The notes: generated by a model from the sequence alone, not told the origin. A stretch of DNA of 64,000 nt from Turneriella sp. (GCA_965279515.1 CBDIID010000003.1:3584001-3648000); one strand, 5' to 3'. Counted from the first letter of the stretch, positions 8,275-18,391 are shown. Made by a program: numbers and translations.

Positions 8275-10725
8275 ATGAAATTGTTTGTCTTTGTCCCCCT
8301 GGTTTCCCTCATTGTTTCTCTTGCAATATCCTGCAAAAGTAATGTGGATATTCATATCGGAGAAAAAGCGGCTGCGCCGGTAAGTAACGGGCCAGGCCCG
8401 GCAACGACACCTCAGGCCCAGGGTTCTACCCCGGTGAATCTGGTCAGCGACCCCGGTTTTGAGGCTGGCGTCTCAGGTTTTGAAGCGGGTTCCAATGCGG
8501 TTACGGTGACAAGGGCTGCGGCCGCGCTGAGTGGCAGCCATAGCCTTCGGGGAACTATCGGAAATTACGGCGACAGCATCTGGTGGAGCCGTGACATGCG
8601 GGGCCGCGCCACTGCGTATGCAGTCTCGGGCACTTTGCGATCCGATCTGGCCTCAGCCTCATATATCCGGTACTGCGCGTTCGTCGTCTATGACGACGAT
8701 AGCAGCACCAGCAGTTGCGCGCGCGTTTCGGCGTTCGTGGGTGATAAAGGTATTCTCAATGCCTCGCTGCCGCTCGAAGATAAGGTCTTACGCAGCGTAC
8801 GCATCCGCATTGAGCTTGAAGGTGGCCAGCCCGTCGAATTCCGCGTCGACGACGTCTCTGCGGTACTCACCGGTTTTGTACCCGCGCCGCCCGCACCCGG
8901 TGGCGGCAATGGGGGCGGGGGTAACAACGGTGGTCCCGGAAATAATGCAGACCCAAACGATGTGCCGCCGCCCGCAGGCACGCCGTATCCTGGGTACACC
9001 TACACACCGCCGACGGTGCGCCCTTATATTCACATGAATGATTTTAATACGGCGGGAAATACATCCCCGGCATTTATCCGCCTTAAAGACCAGGTCGACA
9101 GTGCTTCGGCGATCACCGCGGCGCAGCCTGCCGGCGTGACGTACGACCAGCTCGTCACGGCGCTCAATGGGCAACACTATGGCTACTCGTGCACAGATTC
9201 TGTGGTCATGTACCGCCTCACGAACAATGCGGCTTATATTCAGCAGGCTATCCGCATGGTTGATCTTTTTGTACAGAGTGAGATGGCGCTCATCCATGCT
9301 GGTGAGCGGCCGCATATTGCCGGTGATTCATATCTCGAAGTCGGCTACTACATGGAGCAATTGGCGCTTGCCTACGATTACGGTTATGATTTGTTAACTC
9401 CGGCGCAGCGCACCGCATGGGAGACCTATGCGAACCAAACGCTGCAGAATCTCTGGTACCCCGCGGCGGCCACTTGGGGCGGGGTTTCTTATCCCTGGAG
9501 CGGTTGGTCGATGAACGATCCTGGTAATAATTATTTTTATAGTTTTCTGAAAGCGACGCAACTCTGGGGCTGGGCGTCGCAGAACAACGCATGGATTACA
9601 TTTTTGCAACAGCGCAAGTATCCCTTGCTTGTTCCCTTCTTCAGTGTGTTGACGGGTGGCGGCACACGCGAAGGCACGGGTTACGGCACCGCGATCGGCA
9701 GTATGTTCGAAAACTACCGCTACTGGCGCTCGTCGACGGGCGAAGACCTCTCGGCGATTTCATCTCACTCCCGTGACACGATAGATTACTGGATCCACGC
9801 CACGGTACCGACGCTCGACTACTATGCGGCGATTGGCGATCAGGCGCGCTCTGCCGACCCACGCATGTTTGACTACCAACGGCGGTTGATGCTTGAAGCA
9901 GTGGCGCTGAACCCGGGTACGGCACAATCGGCGCGTGGGGCGTGGTGGCTCGCCCGTGCGCGCCTGAGCGACGGCGGTTCAGGCTCGGTGATCAATCGCA
10001 TGCGTTATAACTATAATTTCCGTTTTGATCTTCTCGCGCCGGCGACACCCGAGGCCCAACCGACAGCACTTGCCTATGATGCCTCGGGTGCCGGCGCCTT
10101 TTTCGCCCGCAGCGACTGGACGACGTCGGCCAGTTGGCTTGCCGCCGTTGTAGGTCCCCTCGACCAATCACATGCGCACCAGGAACAGGGTGGGTTTACT
10201 TTCTATAAGGGCGGATGGCTCACCGTGACGTCGAACATCCACTCACGCAGCGGCATCAACCAGGACGTGCCGGTGCATAATGTCATACGCTTCGCCGCTG
10301 GCGGCTCGACCATTCCGCAAAATTATTCTACTTCGACAAAGACCATTAGCGATGCGGGAAATACCGTCACGCTCCAGGAAAATCTTTCACCCGCGTATGC
10401 CAACCGCGCGGCCGATGTCTCGCTGTGGACGCGCCAGTTGGTTTATAACCGGGGAGCACACTCCCTCGCCGTGCACGATGTTTGCACCGTCGCTGCTGGT
10501 GTGTCAGCGACCTGGCAGCTGCATACACCGACGCAACCGATTGTGCAGGGCGATGGCTCGATCATTGCGGGCAATTTGCGGATTACTCCTGTCTTGCCTG
10601 CGGCACCGGTAGTGACCATCGTCAATATGAACGCGCTCAATAACCAGTTTAATAGCGGTTACCGCATTGAATTTTCTGCCGGGCAGACCTGCGAGTTTCG
10701 GGTGAATCTCAATGCCTTAAACTAA
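8275..10725 (+). CDS. Large lipoprotein: carbohydrate-binding-like domain plus heparinase II/III-like (polysaccharide lyase-like) body
   Basis: Lipobox LAISC; NLVSDPGFE module; Gly/Pro linker; helical region; FARSDW and SHAHQEQGGF motifs. Confidence 0.65.
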   Translation: MKLFVFVPLVSLIVSLAISCKSNVDIHIGEKAAAPVSNGPGPATTPQAQGSTPVNLVSDPGFEAGVSGFEAGSNAVTVTRAAAALSGSHSLRGTIGNYGDSIWWSRDMRGRATAYAVSGTLRSDLASASYIRYCAFVVYDDDSSTSSCARVSAFVGDKGILNASLPLEDKVLRSVRIRIELEGGQPVEFRVDDVSAVLTGFVPAPPAPGGGNGGGGNNGGPGNNADPNDVPPPAGTPYPGYTYTPPTVRPYIHMNDFNTAGNTSPAFIRLKDQVDSASAITAAQPAGVTYDQLVTALNGQHYGYSCTDSVVMYRLTNNAAYIQQAIRMVDLFVQSEMALIHAGERPHIAGDSYLEVGYYMEQLALAYDYGYDLLTPAQRTAWETYANQTLQNLWYPAAATWGGVSYPWSGWSMNDPGNNYFYSFLKATQLWGWASQNNAWITFLQQRKYPLLVPFFSVLTGGGTREGTGYGTAIGSMFENYRYWRSSTGEDLSAISSHSRDTIDYWIHATVPTLDYYAAIGDQARSADPRMFDYQRRLMLEAVALNPGTAQSARGAWWLARARLSDGGSGSVINRMRYNYNFRFDLLAPATPEAQPTALAYDASGAGAFFARSDWTTSASWLAAVVGPLDQSHAHQEQGGFTFYKGGWLTVTSNIHSRSGINQDVPVHNVIRFAAGGSTIPQNYSTSTKTISDAGNTVTLQENLSPAYANRAADVSLWTRQLVYNRGAHSLAVHDVCTVAAGVSATWQLHTPTQPIVQGDGSIIAGNLRITPVLPAAPVVTIVNMNALNNQFNSGYRIEFSAGQTCEFRVNLNALN

Positions 10726-11002
10726 AAAAGATGGCACCAGTTGCGGCGATGAGTATGGCAATCGCTACAATGGGGCATCGGAAATATCCACCGCCTGATC
10801 AATGAGCAGGCATTTTGCACCTATCACGTTCGGCTGCCCAGTGGCTACGCACGATGACGACTTCGATTCAGGCTGTATCGAAAATGCAGGTTCATGGGCG
10901 GTGAATAATGCCATGGTGACTATCACACTCACGAACGAAAAGATCGTACTCGATTTACGCAAATGCTGCAACTCCGTGGCGTGCAATGAGTTTTAGTTTT
11001 TC

Positions 11003-11029
11003 TGGCACTGCATTGCAGCGAATTTCGTA
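11003..11029 (+). promoter_or_regulatory. Putative ECF promoter TGGCAC-N17-CGTA
   Basis: TGGCAC 11003-11008, CGTA 11026-11029, GTG at 11038. Confidence 0.65.
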
Positions 11030-11037
11030 CAGGAATT

Positions 11038-12165
11038 GTGCGCAGGGGTCTCTATGCGTTGACGGGGCTGATTCTGGCTGCTGCGGGGCCGGTATCGGCA
11101 GCCAAAAAAATGCTCATTTTGGATTTTCGCAGTATTGACCATGATCCGAATTTTCAGTATCTGGAAATATCATTAACCGAAAGTGTCCGCAAATACCTGC
11201 ATGAAAAGTATGAAATCGTAGAGCCAGACGGTCAAGACATGGTGCGTCAAATGAACGATGGCGCCTTCCTGTTTACCGAAGATTTTCACAATAAAAACGT
11301 CGCCTTGCAGCTAGGGCTGCTTACGGGGCAGGATATCGTCCTAAGCGGCGGTTTCCGGCAGAGAATGTCGGTGCATGGCAGTACGGTTATTTCCCTTGAG
11401 GTCTTCATCATGGATGTAGAAAAGCGTACGCTTGTGAAAAGGATCATTGGTGAGGTTAAGGTCGACAGCGGTCTCTTTGCCTCAATCGACAAATTCTCTG
11501 AACGGATCGTGCAGGAAGCGAAAGGTGTTCTGCCAAACAAGGGTGAATACGACTTCGACGCTTTTACGCCGGTGCGGATGACCCAATTCACTGTCCTCGG
11601 CGGATATAACCTGAATGCGCTGAGTTCTGCCCTGCGTAAAAACCCTGTGCTCGGAACACGGTCGTCAGTCGTCCCCGCCGATCTCGGTGGCTTTATGGCT
11701 TCGCTGGAAATCAGGCGCGATCGTTTTTTGAAGATAAACCGTCTCATCGGTTACGGTCGCGCCGATGCGCAGATTATCAATGCAGAATTCAGTGCTGCAA
11801 ACGAGAGTACCGGTCCATTAGCACGGGGCTTCGGCGCTACCGCAGAGCTGGGTATCGGTTATCAGGTTTTTCGTTTTAAAAGATTTTTTATCCAGGCTCT
11901 CGCGGGTGGCGGTTTTAACTATACCAACTTTAAGCTGGATTATTCGCAGATGAAAAATCCGCCGATTCAGTCTGAAAGCCGGGAAATAACGATTCAGTCT
12001 TCAGGATATTTTTTCGGACCGGTAGCGTCGACCGGACTTCGCCTGGGGTTTCAGATTAACCGGTCCGTCAGCTGGGAACTCGGCGCCTCGTACCAAATGA
12101 CGTTTCTGAGCGGTTCTGTTTCGGGGAATGTTTTTACTACAATGGGGATAGGTTTAAGATTATGA
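11038..12165 (+). CDS. Outer-membrane protein with TolB-N/CsgG-like N-terminal domain and C-terminal beta-barrel
   Basis: Signal peptide; LILDF...YLE.SLTESV...D.VLSGGF pattern; barrel strands ending GIGLRL. Confidence 0.65.
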   Translation: MRRGLYALTGLILAAAGPVSAAKKMLILDFRSIDHDPNFQYLEISLTESVRKYLHEKYEIVEPDGQDMVRQMNDGAFLFTEDFHNKNVALQLGLLTGQDIVLSGGFRQRMSVHGSTVISLEVFIMDVEKRTLVKRIIGEVKVDSGLFASIDKFSERIVQEAKGVLPNKGEYDFDAFTPVRMTQFTVLGGYNLNALSSALRKNPVLGTRSSVVPADLGGFMASLEIRRDRFLKINRLIGYGRADAQIINAEFSAANESTGPLARGFGATAELGIGYQVFRFKRFFIQALAGGGFNYTNFKLDYSQMKNPPIQSESREITIQSSGYFFGPVASTGLRLGFQINRSVSWELGASYQMTFLSGSVSGNVFTTMGIGLRL

Positions 12166-13913
12166 TGCAAAATAGAATATTTTTATGGCTTTTAGTTTTT
12201 CATTTTTTTATGTGCAGCAAGCCATTCGAACTGGATTCGGAATTTGGTGTCGTCATTGAAGGCCCGGGTGTTGTGGTGAGCCCGGCAACGGGTCTCACGA
12301 CGACAGAATCGGGTGGCATTGCCAATTTTCGCCTGAAACTCAAAACTCAGCCGTCTGCCTCGGTAACACTGACATTGCAGAGCAGTAACGTAGCCGAAGG
12401 ACGGCTTCTCGCGACGGCAGGTGTCTGCGACCCGGTAAACGGCATCGCAGTTACCACCAATTGCACCGTCTCTTTTACCATCTCGAATTGGAATGAGTTT
12501 CAGGATATCGCCGTGGTTGGCCAGGATGATTTGAGCACAGACGGGAATGCACTTTATACGGTTTTTTTCCCGACGGCCATCGCCAGCGGTGACGCGAAAT
12601 ATAATGGCCTGACGCCGCCAGTGATTCAGATTACCAATACCGATAACGACCTGCCAGCGGTCAGTGTTTCGCCTACGACGGGTACAACCGCAGAGGCATC
12701 CGGTGATTTTACTTTTGCGGTCGTCTTGCAGGCTCAACCTTCGGCAAACGTCGTGGTTTCCCTTTCGAGCTCGAATGAAGGCGAAGGAAAAATCCGCAGG
12801 ACGGCCGGCGTATGCAATACCGGCGGCGCCGTCGCTACGGGTAGTTGTTCCCTGACCTTTACGCCCGCCAACTGGAATATCACCCAGTCAGTAACTGCGA
12901 CAGGGCAGGATGATTTAATAGCCGACGGTAATCAGATATATACAATCGTGCTTGCGCCGGTGGTCAGCGCCGATGCCGCTTACAATGGTTTTAATCCCGC
13001 GGATATTACCATCACGAGTACCGATAACGGCGCCCCGGGATTTACCTTGAATACGGTATCGGGGCTGGTTACGACTGAGGGGGGAGGAACAGCGAGCTTT
13101 ACTGTGCGATTGAACACAGCCCCCACTGCCAATGTTAGCATCGCTCTTTCTTCCAGTAATGCTGCTGAAGGAACCGTTTCGCCGACGAACCTTACATTTA
13201 CGACTGCAAATTGGAATGCGAACCGCACGGTTACAATAACAGGGGTTGCCGATAACCGTATCGACGGTAATATCGGTTATACTATTTTAACAGCCGCCGC
13301 AACAAGTGCGGATTCCGCCTATAACGGATTGAATCCCCCCGATGTTTCGGTGACGAATAATAATATGGATGCGGGAAAGTATCTTTTTGTCTCGAACGCT
13401 ACGACGAGAGGCAATTTTGGCGGATCTTTGGATGCAGATGCCCTTTGCAATGCTGATACTGCTAAACCGCGACCCGGCACGTATCGTGCTGTTATTGGCC
13501 ATGCATCCGATCCGGTACTATCAGATCCAGGACCACCCGCAGCTTATGATCAAATCATTGAACGTGATCTGTTTACGGACTGGGTATTATTCGGCGGTAC
13601 GAACTACTATCGTGGGGCCGATGGCAGGCTCGCGGGTACAACAAGTACTCTTGGGGCGTTGCCAGCGAGTCTCACAAACTCGATCCATAATTCAGCAGTT
13701 GCATATTGGACTGGGCTCAGTGCCGGTGCCTCCGTCTCTAGTGGCTGTATTGCTTCTGGCGTATTTCCGAGTTCGCTCGGCCCGATGTGGGCTTCAGCTT
13801 CATCGAGTCGCTCGGGTAGGGTTGGTGATGGGGCATCGATCACGACTACTTCCATCAGCGCGGGAACACAAACCTGTAATCAGTTCTTACCTTTGCTCTG
13901 TGCCGAACAGTGA
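12162..13913 (+). CDS. Surface lipoprotein with three Ig/Calx-beta-like repeats and a DUF1554 (Len/endostatin-like) domain
   Basis: Three repeats of TTE.G..A.F...L...P.A.V....SSN..EG...FT..NWN; C-terminal GNFGGSLDADALCNAD...TYRA. Confidence 0.8.
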   Translation: MMQNRIFLWLLVFHFFMCSKPFELDSEFGVVIEGPGVVVSPATGLTTTESGGIANFRLKLKTQPSASVTLTLQSSNVAEGRLLATAGVCDPVNGIAVTTNCTVSFTISNWNEFQDIAVVGQDDLSTDGNALYTVFFPTAIASGDAKYNGLTPPVIQITNTDNDLPAVSVSPTTGTTAEASGDFTFAVVLQAQPSANVVVSLSSSNEGEGKIRRTAGVCNTGGAVATGSCSLTFTPANWNITQSVTATGQDDLIADGNQIYTIVLAPVVSADAAYNGFNPADITITSTDNGAPGFTLNTVSGLVTTEGGGTASFTVRLNTAPTANVSIALSSSNAAEGTVSPTNLTFTTANWNANRTVTITGVADNRIDGNIGYTILTAAATSADSAYNGLNPPDVSVTNNNMDAGKYLFVSNATTRGNFGGSLDADALCNADTAKPRPGTYRAVIGHASDPVLSDPGPPAAYDQIIERDLFTDWVLFGGTNYYRGADGRLAGTTSTLGALPASLTNSIHNSAVAYWTGLSAGASVSSGCIASGVFPSSLGPMWASASSSRSGRVGDGASITTTSISAGTQTCNQFLPLLCAEQ

Positions 13914-14172
13914 TGCGTTCAACGGTTATGCCGCAAATTTTCTGAGGAGAAACGGAAGCCGGCTAAGTCTGCCATAGGTTGTACCGCTGCGGCTGAGGTT
14001 GGCGGGTTGAATTTCAGGGATGGGTTTCTCTGCCACCCGTTTCGATAATCTTACCGGTCTCATACTTCTCCCCGCGGTTGTGACAATAAATATCAGCAGG
14101 GAAGCGGCGTCCATAAAAACCGATTGCGATTGACCCGGGGGCTTTTCCGGATGGCATAGCCGCTCGATGCAA

Positions 14173-14613
14173 ATGCGCCGCAATGTGTTGAATCTGATGA
14201 GCAAGATCCGCGCGCGGGCCTTTCTTCTGCTGGAGCGCGAACTTGCCGAGGCTGGCGTGCAAGATCTGTCACCCGCGCACGGCGATGTGTTGTTCGCGGT
14301 TTCCCAAAACAGCGGCGTCGAAATGCGCCAGCTAGCTGTACTGACAGGCCGCGATAAATCGACGCTGACGCCGCTGGTCGAGCGACTCATCCGTGCAGGC
14401 TATCTTGACCGCAAGGTTTCGGCCGCAGATCGCCGCCGCGCCGAGATCTACCTGACCGCGAAGGCGGAAAAACTGCGGCCGCGACTGATGAAGATCGGTT
14501 TTAAGCTGGAAAAGGTCATGCACCGCGGCATCGCCGACGCCGACCTTAAAAATCTGACAGATACCCTGAACCGCATTCATGAAAATCTCTCTGCTAATCC
14601 GCAAAAGGATTGA
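14173..14613 (+). CDS. MarR-family transcriptional regulator
   Basis: LSPAHGDVL, DKSTLTPLVERL..GY and DRRR..IYLT motifs. Confidence 0.9.
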   Translation: MRRNVLNLMSKIRARAFLLLERELAEAGVQDLSPAHGDVLFAVSQNSGVEMRQLAVLTGRDKSTLTPLVERLIRAGYLDRKVSAADRRRAEIYLTAKAEKLRPRLMKIGFKLEKVMHRGIADADLKNLTDTLNRIHENLSANPQKD

Positions 14614-14624
14614 CAGGCTGAATT

Positions 14625-14666
14625 ATTGGTTTTGATCAAAACTAATTAGTTTGTAGTAAAACTAAT
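14625..14666. promoter_or_regulatory. Two overlapping 22-bp palindromic operators (probably MarR) downstream of TTGACA
   Basis: ATTGGTTTTGATCAAAACTAAT (14625-14646) and ATTAGTTTGTAGTAAAACTAAT (14645-14666); TTGACA at 14610-14615. Confidence 0.65.
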
Positions 14667-14677
14667 TGGAGGTTGCC

Positions 14678-15073
14678 ATGGACACGGCTTTGACGCCCGA
14701 AGCGGGCGGAGTCTATCGTTATGCGCGCAAATTCACGCGCGCGGACATTCTCGAATTTGCCCGCATTACGGGGGATGCCGGCAAGCACCATGTGAATCCG
14801 CATGGGCCTGTCGTGGCGCAGGGACTTTTGGTCGCCAGCATCGTGACCAAGCTCGGCGGTGACATGAATTATATCGCGCGCACCATGGATTTTGAGATGC
14901 TCAAGCCCGTCCACGAGGGTGAAGAGATTACCGGCGAGATAAAAGTTCTCTCCCTGGTGCGTGCCGCAAAACGTCTCAAGCTGCAGATGCAGTGTACTTG
15001 TCTGAATGCGGCCGGTGAAACCGTGATTTCCGGAAAATCGCGCGGTTTAATTTGGCTGGAAAATGCCGGTTGA
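14678..15073 (+). CDS. MaoC-like hot-dog fold dehydratase
   Basis: FARITGDAGKHH, VAQGLL and KPVHEGE motifs; GGAGG RBS before ATG at 14678. Confidence 0.85.
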   Translation: MDTALTPEAGGVYRYARKFTRADILEFARITGDAGKHHVNPHGPVVAQGLLVASIVTKLGGDMNYIARTMDFEMLKPVHEGEEITGEIKVLSLVRAAKRLKLQMQCTCLNAAGETVISGKSRGLIWLENAG

Positions 15074-15094
15074 TCGTATATTTGTCGGACAACC

Positions 15095-15616
15095 ATGAAA
15101 AAGATTCTTTGTATTTCGGGCAGCGTGCGCTCGAACTCGACTTGTATGACGATTCTGAAAACCATAGCCGAAAGAAGCGCAGCGACGGCGGATTTTGTCT
15201 TTTACGAAGGCCTGACTGCATTACCGCATTTTGACCCCGATGCAGAAGATTCGTTTCTCCCCAACCCCGTGCTTGAGCTGCGCGAACAGGTCGCGGCCGT
15301 GGACGCTGTCATCTTTTGCACTCCCGAATACGTGTTCAGCGTACCGGCTATCCTGAAGAATGCGCTTGAATGGTGTGTTGCATCGACGGTTTTTTCCGAT
15401 AAGCCGACGGCGATGATTGTCGCCTCGGGCGGGGGAGAAAAAACTTTTGAATCGCTGGGCCTGATTCTGAAAACCATTCAGACGAAGATTACCGCGGAAA
15501 CGATGCTGCTGTTCAGCGGTGCGCGTGGCAGAATGCGGGGGCTGAATCACGTCAGCGATGCCGGCGATCTGGCGAGATTAGATACACTCATCGCAGCCTT
15601 GCTCAAGGAAAACTAA
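15095..15616 (+). CDS. NADPH-dependent FMN reductase
   Basis: ISGSVRSNS and TPEYVFSVPAILKNALEW motifs. Confidence 0.9.
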   Translation: MKKILCISGSVRSNSTCMTILKTIAERSAATADFVFYEGLTALPHFDPDAEDSFLPNPVLELREQVAAVDAVIFCTPEYVFSVPAILKNALEWCVASTVFSDKPTAMIVASGGGEKTFESLGLILKTIQTKITAETMLLFSGARGRMRGLNHVSDAGDLARLDTLIAALLKEN

Positions 15617-15991
15617 ATGCCCACGACAGAAACCCTCGAACGCTTCATCGCCGTGATTGAATCGAACAAACACGACGAAGCGATTGAAAACTTTTACAGC
15701 GACGATGCCACAATGCAGGAAAACCAGATGGCGCCGCGGAAAGGGAAAAGGCTGCTTGTCGCGAACGAGCGTAAAGTGCTGGCGCGTGCCCATTCTGTAC
15801 ATTCGGAATGCATCCGCCCTGTTTTTGTAAACAGCGATCATGTGGTGTTGCGCTACAAATTCCGCTTCGACTGGAAAGACGGCACCTTCACCGAAATGGA
15901 AGAGCTGGCGCTGCAGCGCTGGGAGGGCGAGCTCATCGCCGAAGAAAAGTTTTTCTACGACCCGGCGCAGCGCGTCGCAAAACCCATGTAA
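15617..15991 (+). CDS. SnoaL/NTF2-like protein
   Basis: AIENFYSDDATMQEN...MEELALQRWEGELIAEEKFFYDP. Confidence 0.85.
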   Translation: MPTTETLERFIAVIESNKHDEAIENFYSDDATMQENQMAPRKGKRLLVANERKVLARAHSVHSECIRPVFVNSDHVVLRYKFRFDWKDGTFTEMEELALQRWEGELIAEEKFFYDPAQRVAKPM

Positions 15992-16084
15992 AAAATCTGT
16001 TAATTTTTTTTTGCTGCCGGGGTAAATCCGGAGCTCGCTCGTCAATACGCTCGTGATCAGACGGCAAACTTTTCACATTTTTTT

Positions 16085-16111
16085 TGGCATCCGGCATCGT
16101 CGCATTTCGTA
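16085..16111 (+). promoter_or_regulatory. Putative ECF promoter TGGCAT-N17-CGTA
   Basis: TGGCAT 16085-16090, CGTA 16108-16111, ATG at 16124. Confidence 0.65.
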
Positions 16112-16123
16112 TGAGACGTACGC

Positions 16124-16468
16124 ATGGATGAGAAAAAATATGACCTATCGTTTACCCTGGGGTATCATGCCGATGTCGCCAACCTGCAATTGATGGGGGC
16201 GCTTTCGGTGCATACCGGTTACCTGCTCAAAAACACGGCTTCGGGTTTGCTGGCCGAAAAGATTAGCGGCCTGGTGCTCCACGTGTCCGATGTCACGCAC
16301 ATGGACACCGGCGGCTTAATCGCCCTGATGACGGTTTTCAGGAATTGCGGCAAAAAGAACGTGTTCTTTGCAATCCATGGGGAGAACCCCATCGTGGAAA
16401 AAATACTGGAGAACAGCGGATTATCAAAGCTGTTTACCCGACAGCCCGCTTCTTTGCAGACAAGCTAG
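16124..16468 (+). CDS. STAS-domain anti-anti-sigma factor
   Basis: VTHMDTGGLIALM and ILENSGLSKLF motifs. Confidence 0.8.
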   Translation: MDEKKYDLSFTLGYHADVANLQLMGALSVHTGYLLKNTASGLLAEKISGLVLHVSDVTHMDTGGLIALMTVFRNCGKKNVFFAIHGENPIVEKILENSGLSKLFTRQPASLQTS

Positions 16469-17326
16469 GTTCAGATTCTTCGTCGTGAGCCCTTTGCCAT
16501 CTGGCCGCCAGCCGGGTCGCGCAAAGAGAAATCCCACAACGTGATAGATTTTTCTGACGGTGGCGAGATCCTGGAACAGCTTGATCCATTCGTGGAAGGC
16601 GATCTTGAACGGGTTGTTCGATTGTACCTGCGTGATGAGACCGTAGCGGCAGGGATCTTCTTCGTCCTCAGAGACGAACGTACCGAACAAACGGTCGAAG
16701 ATGATCACGACACCGCCATAGTTGCGGTCGAGATACTGCGGGTTGGTTGCGTGGTGTGCGCGGTGGTGCGACGGTGTGTTGAAAAAATATTCAAACCAGC
16801 CGAGTTTCGGAATCAGTTCCGTGTGCAGCCAGAACTGGTATAAAAGATTCATGCCGAGCATGGCGAAGACAACCTTGGCCTCGAAGCCGATGAGAATGAG
16901 CGGTACAAAGAAGAAGTAGTTTCCGGTAATGGGCCCGGTCCAGCCGAGGCGATAAGCAGCGGAGAAGTTCAAATGCTCAGGCGAGTGGTGTACCGCATGC
17001 GTGGCCCAGAACCAGCGCACCTCGTGGCTGGCACGGTGAAACCAGTAGTAGCAGAACTCGAGCCCCCAGAAGAGGCCAAACCAATGGTACCATCTATCCA
17101 TGGTGATCTGCCAGGGGCGGATGCTTTCGAACCACAAGAACAGCCCGCCCGTGGCGAGGGCCGAAAACATGACGCTCGTGCGGTAGCCGATGGCGACGCC
17201 CATCGACGCCGCGCTCTCTTTCCAGGCGAACTGCCTTTGCGTCATCCGGCGGTAGACCAGAGCCTCGATGAGTGCGAGTACCAGAAGCACCGGGAATGCA
17301 TAGAGAAGGAATCTTTGTTTTTCCAT
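16424..17326 (-). CDS. Sterol desaturase / fatty acid hydroxylase family protein
   Basis: His boxes YWFHRASH, HAVHHS, FWLHT and PSHHRAHH; DRNYGG. Confidence 0.92.
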   Translation of the reverse strand: MEKQRFLLYAFPVLLVLALIEALVYRRMTQRQFAWKESAASMGVAIGYRTSVMFSALATGGLFLWFESIRPWQITMDRWYHWFGLFWGLEFCYYWFHRASHEVRWFWATHAVHHSPEHLNFSAAYRLGWTGPITGNYFFFVPLILIGFEAKVVFAMLGMNLLYQFWLHTELIPKLGWFEYFFNTPSHHRAHHATNPQYLDRNYGGVVIIFDRLFGTFVSEDEEDPCRYGLITQVQSNNPFKIAFHEWIKLFQDLATVRKIYHVVGFLFARPGWRPDGKGLTTKNLNLACLQRSGLSGKQL

Positions 17327-17537
17327 ATGCTGGATCTACAGGGTTTTTTGACGCATTTCTACACGATTCGTGCGAAGACCTTGACGATTCCGGAATTGCA
17401 AAGGTTTTTCCCAGGATTTGTGCCTATTTTAGGCTATTTTGCTAGGCTGTAGCGGTTGTTAAGTTATTGACACTACTGTCATTAGTTTGATTTTTACCTC
17501 AACGTCGATCAAAACTTCTGACCGTTAAGGGGATATT

Positions 17538-18389
17538 ATGAAAATCTTAGTTATGGGCGGCTCCAGCGTCGCCGGGCAGGCGACCATCCAGGCAATCCGC
17601 CAATTTGACCCTAAGGCGCTCATTGTGTCTACGACATCGCGCGATGAGGCGGTTTTAGGTGCGGATGAAACCATCATGGGCATCAGCTCCACCGATGCAG
17701 CGATGCACACGCTGCTTGCGAAAAAAATCGCCCCGCATGGCAGCATGGATTTTATGTTCTATATGCCGGCTTATGGCAAGGTCGGTTTTCCCGTCATGCA
17801 GAGCACGCGCGAAGACGCCGAGGTGGGGATGGACTTCTCTTACCGGCCGATTGTCCGTGTTATGGAGACCATCGAAATTGGTACAGCCGTCGGCTATACG
17901 GGTTTCTATTGGCTGCCGTCTCTGGTGATGACCTACGGCGCCCTGGCCTTCGCAAAAATCGCGATGGAAGAACTCGCACTGAAGATGCCCGACCGCTTCA
18001 AGGTTATACGCGCCGGTATGTTCATGAGTAAGTCGATCCGCGGTATCAGCATTCTGCTGCAGCGCGTGATGCAAAAAGATCTCGTCGACCACCCCGATTT
18101 CCATGCTTACAAGAAAAACTGGAAGGCTTCGGGCCAAAAGTTCATGGAGTTCTTTGCCGACTATGCCTACGATAAGGAAAACGCGGAGTTCGGCAGTAAA
18201 TTTTCCACGCCATTCCGTGCCACCGAGCCCGAAGACATCATGCCGAGCGTCGCGCGGGTTTTACGCAAGGAACAGGGGCCGTTCTTCAACGTGATCGGTG
18301 ACTGGCAGTGGGTCGAAGACAAGATGCCCGAGTTGCCACCGCTCTTCGGCGAAATGAAAAAACAACTCTACCCCGAAGGCTTGAAGTAA
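17538..18389 (+). CDS. Atypical SDR/Rossmann-fold protein
   Basis: N-terminal ILVMGGSSVAG; YGALAFAK segment; IRAGMF.SKS; RBS present. Confidence 0.55.
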   Translation: MKILVMGGSSVAGQATIQAIRQFDPKALIVSTTSRDEAVLGADETIMGISSTDAAMHTLLAKKIAPHGSMDFMFYMPAYGKVGFPVMQSTREDAEVGMDFSYRPIVRVMETIEIGTAVGYTGFYWLPSLVMTYGALAFAKIAMEELALKMPDRFKVIRAGMFMSKSIRGISILLQRVMQKDLVDHPDFHAYKKNWKASGQKFMEFFADYAYDKENAEFGSKFSTPFRATEPEDIMPSVARVLRKEQGPFFNVIGDWQWVEDKMPELPPLFGEMKKQLYPEGLK

Positions 18390-18391
18390 AT

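Noticed and set aside
10732..10760. Additional TGGCAC sites at 10732 and 47471 as ECF promoters
   Set aside because: No CGTA at the 17-nt spacing.
10726..11000. Short ORFs in the gap after the lyase-like gene
   Set aside because: No RBS or motif; at most a gene remnant.
5121..11029. TGGCAC sites as sigma-54 promoters
   Set aside because: Only 5121 has GG-N10-GC spacing; 8235 and 11003 have N9. All four sites share CGTA at N17, which fits better.
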